The notes beneath the pieces are model-generated. The model was given only the letters and a program-made list of their open reading frames with translations, did not search any database and was not told the origin of the DNA. Position numbers and translations under genes: made by a program. Shown here piece by piece: positions 18,488-22,629 of a stretch of 22,629 nucleotides of DNA; within the stretch, counting starts at the first letter, position 1, and each line of letters starts with the position of its first letter. Origin of the DNA: Dubosiella newyorkensis (GTDB lineage Bacteria > Bacillota_I > Bacilli_A > Erysipelotrichales > Erysipelotrichaceae); NCBI RefSeq assembly GCF_001945605.1, contig NZ_MPKA01000085.1, positions 1-22,629 on the forward strand. Reading direction: 5' to 3'.

Positions 18488-19033
18488 ATGTCACGTATCG
18501 GGAATAAACTGATTACCATTCCTGCTGGTGTTACTGTAGATGTAGCCGCTGGGAATGAGGTGACTGTTAAAGGACCTAAAGGAACTTTAACGCGTACTTT
18601 CTCACCATTGATGGATATTCAAGTTGAGAATAACGAAGTCACAGTAAAACGTCCAAATGATGAAAAACATACTAAGCAATTGCACGGAACGACTCGAGCA
18701 TTGCTTCATAATATGGTTGTCGGCGTGTCCGATGGCTTCGTTAAGGAATTGGAACTTGTAGGTATCGGATTCCGTACTGCAATCAAAGGCAATAAGCTAA
18801 CAATGAATGTTGGTTATTCGCATCCAGTTGAAATCGATGTCGTAGATGGTTTAGAGGTAACTTGCCCAAGCGCTACGACGATCAAAGTCGCTGGTATCGA
18901 TAAGCAACAAGTTGGTGAATTTGCTGCCAACGTACGTTCTGTACGTAAACCTGAGCCTTATAAAGGAAAAGGTATTCGCTATAAAGATGAAGTTGTCCGT
19001 CGTAAAGAAGGTAAGACAGCTGGTAAGAAATAG
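18488..19033 (+). CDS. rplF: 50S ribosomal protein L6
   Basis: Contains [15 protein letters not shown] and [11 protein letters not shown]. Confidence 0.97.
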   Translation: MSRIGNKLITIPAGVTVDVAAGNEVTVKGPKGTLTRTFSPLMDIQVENNEVTVKRPNDEKHTKQLHGTTRALLHNMVVGVSDGFVKELELVGIGFRTAIKGNKLTMNVGYSHPVEIDVVDGLEVTCPSATTIKVAGIDKQQVGEFAANVRSVRKPEPYKGKGIRYKDEVVRRKEGKTAGKK

Positions 19034-19055
19034 AGTGGGAAAGGAGATCTAATAC

Positions 19056-19412
19056 ATGTTGAAAAAAGAATCACGTAACGAACAAAGACTTCGCCGTCAC
19101 AAACGTGTACGTACGAAAGTAAGCGGTACTCCTGAATGCCCACGTTTAGATGTATTCAGAAGTAATGCGAATATTCATGCCCAAGTCATCGATGATGTCA
19201 ATGGCCATACCCTAGTATCTGCTTCAAGTGTAGATATGAAACTTGAAAATGGTGGAAACATTGAAGCCGCCAAAAAGGTTGGCGAAGAAGTGGCAAAACG
19301 CGCATTAGAAAAAGGAATCAAAAATGTCGTATTCGACCGTGGAGGATATATCTACACTGGTCGTGTCAAAGCATTGGCAGAAGCAGCTCGTGAAGCGGGC
19401 TTGGAATTTTAG
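19056..19412 (+). CDS. rplR: 50S ribosomal protein L18
   Basis: Contains [24 protein letters not shown] and [26 protein letters not shown]. Confidence 0.97.
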   Translation: MLKKESRNEQRLRRHKRVRTKVSGTPECPRLDVFRSNANIHAQVIDDVNGHTLVSASSVDMKLENGGNIEAAKKVGEEVAKRALEKGIKNVVFDRGGYIYTGRVKALAEAAREAGLEF

Positions 19413-19424
19413 GAGGTCCGGATC

Positions 19425-19937
19425 ATGGCTAATGAAAGAAAACCTAGAAGAGACCAAAAAGAATTTGAAGAACAAGTTGTAGCGATCAACCGTGTAACAA
19501 AAGTTGTTAAGGGTGGTCGTAACTTCCGCTTTTCAGCTTTGGTTGTTGTAGGAGATAAAAAAGGTCGCGTTGGAATCGGAACAGGAAAAGCAAAAGAAGT
19601 ACCTGATGCGATACGCAAAGCAGTTGATAACGCAAAGAAGAATGTCTTCACAGTTCCTATTATTGGAACGACGATCCCGCACGAAGTAACGGGAAACTAT
19701 GGAGCAGGTTCTGTATTTATGCGTCCAGCTTCAGAAGGTACAGGTGTAATTGCCGGTGGTGCTGCACGTGCCGTTCTTGAACTTGCAGGAATCAGCGATA
19801 TTTTGACGAAATGCCTTGGCTCTCGTACGAAGATCAATGTTGTACGCGCTACAGTGGCCGCATTGAAAGACTTGAAAACAGTCGAGCAAGTCGCAGAACT
19901 TCGTGGTAAAACACCAGAAGAGATCCGTGGATACTAA
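19425..19937 (+). CDS. rpsE: 30S ribosomal protein S5
   Basis: Contains [24 protein letters not shown]. Confidence 0.97.
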   Translation: MANERKPRRDQKEFEEQVVAINRVTKVVKGGRNFRFSALVVVGDKKGRVGIGTGKAKEVPDAIRKAVDNAKKNVFTVPIIGTTIPHEVTGNYGAGSVFMRPASEGTGVIAGGAARAVLELAGISDILTKCLGSRTKINVVRATVAALKDLKTVEQVAELRGKTPEEIRGY

Positions 19938-19951
19938 TAGGAGGTTCAACT

Positions 19952-20389
19952 ATGAAATTACATGAAATGCAATCTCTGAATCCTCGTACTTCTAGAAAGC
20001 GCGTAGGTCGTGGTCCTGGAAGCGGACTTGGCAAAACGTCTGGACGAGGACAAAAAGGACAAAAAGCACGTAGCGGCGGTGGAGTTCGTCTTGGATTTGA
20101 AGGTGGACAAACACCAATCGCGCGTCGTTTACCAAAACGTGGTTTCACGAACTTCAATCGTAAAGAATATGCGATCGTCAATGTAAAAGATTTGAATCGC
20201 TTTGATGATGGAACCAACGTTACACCAGCACTTTTGATCGAAAGCGGATTGGTTAAAAAAGAATTAAATGGTGTAAAGATCCTTGGAGAAGGTGAGTTGA
20301 CAAAGAAATTAACTGTTTCAGCGGCTAAGTTCTCGAAATCAGCTCAGGAAGCTATTGAAAACGCGGGCGGAAAAGTAGAGGTCTGCTAA
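19952..20389 (+). CDS. rplO: 50S ribosomal protein L15
   Basis: Contains [26 protein letters not shown]. It starts only 14 nt after rpsE, so there is no rpmD between them. Confidence 0.97.
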   Translation: MKLHEMQSLNPRTSRKRVGRGPGSGLGKTSGRGQKGQKARSGGGVRLGFEGGQTPIARRLPKRGFTNFNRKEYAIVNVKDLNRFDDGTNVTPALLIESGLVKKELNGVKILGEGELTKKLTVSAAKFSKSAQEAIENAGGKVEVC

Positions 20390-20392
20390 TTA

Positions 20393-21682
20393 ATGGGTTC
20401 CAATCTAAAGGCGATGTGGACCAATAAAGATATCCGAAATCGGATCCTCTTTACCTTGTTCGCCTTTCTTGTTTACAGATTGGGCTGTGCGATCACGATC
20501 CCAGATGTAAACACAACAGATTTAGTCGCTGGACTTGGCGATAATTCTTTATTTGCGATGTTGAATTTGCTTGGAGGCGGTGGTCTAGAACAATTCTCTG
20601 TATTTGCTCTAGGTGTTACACCATACATCACCGCATCCATCATTATTCAGCTCTTAAGTATGGATGTCATTCCAAGTCTGACAGAACTTTCTAAATCTGG
20701 TGCCAATGGCCGAAAAAAGCTCGATAAATACACTCGCTATCTAGCAGTCGTATTCGCTTTCGTTCAATCTTTCTCACTCGTATATGGCTTTTCACATACG
20801 TATACTGGGTTGATCGTAGGTGGAGTCACTGTCGCGAAACTTCTATATATCGCGACGATCTTTACGGCCGGCACAATGTTCTTAGTTTGGATTGGAGATC
20901 AAATTTCACTAAAGGGAATTGGAAATGGGATATCGATGGTCATTATGGCTGGTATCGTTGGACGGATGCCGCAGCAATTTAGTGCTGCATGGTCCTCATT
21001 GATCGATTCTAAGATCGCAAATGGCGCTGTGCTTTTTGCGGCCTACATTTTGATTTATTTATTAATCATCGTGTTTGTGACATTGATCAATACCGCGGAA
21101 AGAAAAATTCCAATCCAATACACTTCAAGCTCTGTCACGATGTCTCAAAACAATAAAATGAATTACTTGCCTTTGAAAGTGAACTCGGCAAGTGTGATTC
21201 CAGTTATTTTTGCGAGTTCATTGATGATGGCTCCTTTACAGATCGCAAGCTTCTTCCCAGAAAATGAATGGCTCAAGCCAATGCAGAACTGGTTAGGCTT
21301 GCAGACTTGGTATTCGTTGGCAATCTACGTCGTATTGATCTTGCTCTTTACATTCTTCTATACGAAGATGCAGATCAATCCTGAAAAGATCGCTGAGAAC
21401 CTAGGAAAGTCAGGAGCGTATATTCCAAGTGTACGTCCAGGTACGGAAACAAAAGAATACATCGATAGAGTACTTACAAGAATTACTGTTTTAGGAGCAG
21501 TCGCTCTTGCCTTCATCGCTGTCATGCCTCATGTTATGCCACTTATTTGGCCTGAGCTTCCAAGCTCGATGGCTTTAGGCGGAACGGGTATGATCATCGT
21601 TGTCGGTGTAGCGATCGAAACCGTAAAACAAGTCCAAGGATTAATTACACAGAAATCGTATAAGAAATATTTCGAAGATTAA
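20393..21682 (+). CDS. secY: Preprotein translocase subunit SecY
   Basis: The 429-aa multi-TM product has DIRNRILFTL and GVTPYITASIIIQLL and sits in the conserved position. Confidence 0.97.
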   Translation: MGSNLKAMWTNKDIRNRILFTLFAFLVYRLGCAITIPDVNTTDLVAGLGDNSLFAMLNLLGGGGLEQFSVFALGVTPYITASIIIQLLSMDVIPSLTELSKSGANGRKKLDKYTRYLAVVFAFVQSFSLVYGFSHTYTGLIVGGVTVAKLLYIATIFTAGTMFLVWIGDQISLKGIGNGISMVIMAGIVGRMPQQFSAAWSSLIDSKIANGAVLFAAYILIYLLIIVFVTLINTAERKIPIQYTSSSVTMSQNNKMNYLPLKVNSASVIPVIFASSLMMAPLQIASFFPENEWLKPMQNWLGLQTWYSLAIYVVLILLFTFFYTKMQINPEKIAENLGKSGAYIPSVRPGTETKEYIDRVLTRITVLGAVALAFIAVMPHVMPLIWPELPSSMALGGTGMIIVVGVAIETVKQVQGLITQKSYKKYFED

Positions 21683-21697
21683 AAGGGAGATACAATT

Positions 21698-22345
21698 ATG
21701 AACATCTTTATCATGGGTGCGCCTGGATCTGGCAAAGGGACGTTTTCGAGCCGAATGAAAGATGAGTTTAACTTAAATCACATCTCGACTGGAGATATCT
21801 TCCGCGCGAATATCGCAAATGAGACAGAACTTGGCAAGCAAGCCAAAGCTTATACGGAAAAAGGTCTTTTAGTTCCTGACGAGATCACCAATAAAATGGT
21901 GGCAGATTATTTGAAGAATTTAAAGGACCCAAAAAATGGATATCTACTTGATGGATATCCTAGAACACTGGATCAAGCCCTTGCTTTTGAGCAAATGACA
22001 AAGGGTAGCGATCTAGCTGTCGATCATGTAATCGTGATGGATGTTCCGTTCGATGTCCTTACGAAACGGATCACCGGTCGTCGTACTTGCAAAAAATGCG
22101 GAGCTATCTATAACATTTATACGACACCTCCTAAACAAGAAGGGGTGTGTGATGTAGATGGCGAACCGTTGTCGCAACGAAAAGATGACAATGAGGAAAG
22201 TCTTAAAACACGATTAGATGAATATGCGAAAAATACAGAGCCAGTTATCGCATATTACGAAAAAGAAGGAATCGTTCATCATATCGATGCGAATCGCGAT
22301 GTGAACGAAATTTGGCCTTCCATAGTGGAAGCCTTGAAAAACTAA
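21698..22345 (+). CDS. adk: Adenylate kinase (long lid with a Cys3-Asp zinc site)
   Basis: P-loop GAPGSGKGT. The lid is CKKC...CDVD. Confidence 0.97.
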   Translation: MNIFIMGAPGSGKGTFSSRMKDEFNLNHISTGDIFRANIANETELGKQAKAYTEKGLLVPDEITNKMVADYLKNLKDPKNGYLLDGYPRTLDQALAFEQMTKGSDLAVDHVIVMDVPFDVLTKRITGRRTCKKCGAIYNIYTTPPKQEGVCDVDGEPLSQRKDDNEESLKTRLDEYAKNTEPVIAYYEKEGIVHHIDANRDVNEIWPSIVEALKN

Positions 22346-22350
22346 TAAAT

Positions 22351-22380
22351 TGCGCTTATAATGTATAAGCGCATTTATTT
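22351..22380 (+). terminator. Intrinsic terminator after adk
   Basis: TGCGCTTATA / TATAAGCGCA forms a perfect 10-bp stem with a 3-nt loop, followed by TTTATTT. Confidence 0.75.
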
Positions 22381-22390
22381 GCGTTATAAT
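22362..22390 (+). promoter_or_regulatory. Possible promoter for rpmJ-rpsM
   Basis: A consensus -10 TATAAT lies at 22385..22390. The -35 is weak (TGTATA, 22362..22367, 17-nt spacer). Confidence 0.35.
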
Positions 22391-22406
22391 AGAAACATCA
22401 CGTTTC

Positions 22407-22450
22407 TGTTAAAATCCGAATAGCCAGCTCGAAGGCTACGCATTTTAACA
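22407..22450 (+). promoter_or_regulatory. Composite stem-loop in the rpmJ leader; function unknown
   Basis: TGTTAAAAT (22407..22415) pairs perfectly with ATTTTAACA (22442..22450). Inside that stem, TAGCC (22421..22425) pairs with GGCTA (22434..22438). No T-run follows on either strand. The hairpin ends 37 nt before the rpmJ ATG. Confidence 0.5.
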
Positions 22451-22487
22451 GGGTGCAAATACGTGGTGGAACACAGGAGGAAAAAAG

Positions 22488-22604
22488 ATGAAAGTTAGAC
22501 CATCTGTCAAACCAATCTGCGACAAGTGCCGAGTGATCCGACGCAAAGGTCGTGTAATGGTGATCTGTGAAAATCCAAAACACAAACAGAGACAAGGAAA
22601 CTAG
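22488..22604 (+). CDS. rpmJ: 50S ribosomal protein L36 (zinc-binding C+ form), 38 aa
   Basis: Hand translation gives [38 protein letters not shown], behind an AGGAGG RBS. It is below the ORF-track size cutoff. Confidence 0.95.
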   Translation: MKVRPSVKPICDKCRVIRRKGRVMVICENPKHKQRQGN

Positions 22605-22615
22605 TAGGAGGAACA

Positions 22616-22629
22616 ATGGCACGTATTGC
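22616..22629 (+). CDS. rpsM: 30S ribosomal protein S13, first codons only (MARI...)
   Basis: The ATG at 22616 follows an AGGAGG RBS. MARI is the usual S13 N-terminus and rpmJ-rpsM is the usual gene order. Only 14 nt are visible. Confidence 0.7.

Noticed and set aside
22398-22622. 74-aa minus-strand ORF
   Set aside because: It is antisense to the rpmJ leader and to rpmJ itself. The plus-strand L36 gene with its strong RBS is the real feature.
1-22629. Possibility of the Mollicutes genetic code (TGA = Trp), given the missing L30 and the long S3
   Set aside because: All conserved genes translate full-length under the standard code with no in-frame TGA. TGA also ends the aminopeptidase gene exactly where the next gene starts.

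Overview
This window is the core ribosomal-protein and translation-factor region of a low-GC Gram-positive (Bacillota-type) genome. It uses the standard genetic code: TGA acts as a stop at the aminopeptidase gene and never occurs in-frame in the conserved genes. All the housekeeping genes are on the + strand. Order, left to right: (1) the first 21 codons of an unidentified minus-strand gene; (2) an intact IS30-family insertion sequence (minus strand) lying just upstream of the str-operon promoter; (3) the str operon rpsL-rpsG-fusA-tuf with a strong terminator; (4) about 5 kb of non-ribosomal genes: an APC-type amino-acid permease, an M18 aminopeptidase translationally coupled to an unrecognisable membrane protein, and an FMN riboswitch driving ribU plus a PNPOx-like protein; (5) an unbroken S10-spc cluster rpsJ-rplC-rplD-rplW-rplB-rpsS-rplV-rpsC-rplP-rpmC-rpsQ-rplN-rplX-rplE-rpsN-rpsH-rplF-rplR-rpsE-rplO-secY-adk; (6) a terminator, a structured leader, rpmJ and the first codons of rpsM. 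I saw no rRNA, tRNA or CRISPR array. rpmD (L30), map and infA are missing from their usual positions. I do not see a convincing new multi-gene system such as a defence or toxin module. The items most worth follow-up are the FMN-riboswitch ribU/PNPOx-like pair, the orphan membrane protein coupled to the aminopeptidase, the repeat architecture of the IS, the rebuilt adk-rpmJ junction, and a strong GATC enrichment in hand-counted samples. All promoter, terminator and RNA-structure calls come from reading the sequence by eye. No searches or folding programs were run.
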